The notes under the pieces: generated by a model
Told to the model about the DNA's origin: nothing
Databases searched by the model: none
Seen by the model: the letters and a program-made list of their open reading frames with translations, nothing else
Shown here: piece after piece, positions 63,187 to 64,000 of the stretch
How the letters are laid out: the number at the start of each line of letters is the position of its first letter
How positions within the stretch are numbered: position 1 is the stretch's first letter
DNA from: Strigamia acuminata
Lineage: Eukaryota
Reading direction: 5' to 3'
Assembly: GCA_949358305.1 (NCBI GenBank)
Contig: OX442314.1
Span: 16,926,001 to 16,990,000, forward strand
Length of the DNA: 64,000 bases
Program-made: the position numbers and the translations under genes

Positions 63187-63837
63187 ATGGCGGACAGCGA
63201 GGACGATTTACCGGAGAGTATCAGTTTTTCCGCTTCTAAAAGCCAAGCTATAAAGGATTTCCAGTTATCCGTTAAAAAAGGAATCTCAAAAAAGCGGCGT
63301 GTTAAAAGGCAGAATAATAACGATGAGGAAACACAAATACAGCGAAAACCTAAAAAGGTTTCGAGTCGTCTTATGTTTATACTTATGCTGCTAAAATAAA
63401 TTTTCTTAACTATTTAGGAAAGACTACCGAAACCAACTTTCGAAGAAAGTGAAACAAGTATTTCGGATGATAATATTCGTATAATCGAAGCTGGGTAAAA
63501 GCATATTAAGTTTTTTTCTTTATATTTTTATAATGAATTAATTTTAAATTTTCATATTTTCAAACAAATTTAGGACCACTGTATTTCAAATTGAAACCAT
63601 AGACGATAATTTATCCAAAGCGCACAAAATGTCCGATAAGGCCATTGAGTTTCGACGTAAACAGCTATCGAAAAGAAGTATTGAAAGACAAACAGGTAAA
63701 AAAAAAATGAAATAATCAGGTAAAATTTAATTACAACTTAGGTTTTGACTATATTTGCAGCAAAATCCTGGTTAAGCCAACGTATCAAAGTTGCAACTAG
63801 AACATCAACTCAATGTAAGGCAATTGGAAGGCAATAA
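63187..63837 (+). CDS. Small basic 4-exon protein, possibly NOL7-like; head-to-head with RER1
   Basis: MADSEDDLPESISFS..; in-frame GT-AG exons ERLPKP.., TTVFQI..AIEFRRKQL..ERQT and AKSWLSQR..RQ*. The homology is only suggestive. Confidence 0.55.
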
Positions 63838-64000
63838 AATTTGTAATTTTTGTTAAAATTTAAAAAAAAAAATGCAAGGGTCGTCATTACTTAAGGCAAA
63901 CTGGAAATGAATGATTGAATGCATAATAAATTGAGTATGACAAAAGTCTATTCCATTTCACATGTGTTTGACGCTATGAAAAAACCAGTCTACTTTAGTG

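Overview
AT-rich eukaryotic DNA with a compact gene layout and mostly 50-80 nt introns; it looks like an invertebrate, probably an arthropod, but the species cannot be determined from the sequence. The right part (38-64 kb) holds ordinary intron-containing genes: a full-length eIF4G (minus strand), NAA38, a Y-box protein, eIF5A, CYB5D1, EMC1, a GPR153/162-like 7TM receptor, RER1 and a NOL7-like gene. The left 38 kb, directly downstream of eIF4G, is a nested tandem duplication (periods of about 16.3 kb and 7.06 kb) built from reshuffled eIF4G exons. Spliced by hand, it gives five apparently open chimeric genes that all start at the same non-eIF4G first exon (MDNEDQ...). Two are stand-alone MIF4G minigenes and one is a novel-domain+MIF4G gene. 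The other two are circularly permuted eIF4Gs in which the W2 C-terminus reads in frame into the N-terminal/PABP-binding region; one has a doubled MA3 and the other a second, complete MIF4G. Nearly all fusion junctions keep the frame. The array also carries two copies of an intact 7-exon DD82E (Sailor-type) IS630-Tc1-mariner transposase, each head-to-head with a MIF4G minigene, plus several MITEs with visible empty sites. The parent eIF4G has a U12-type first intron and a candidate internal alternative first exon. All gene models are manual splice predictions with no expression evidence.
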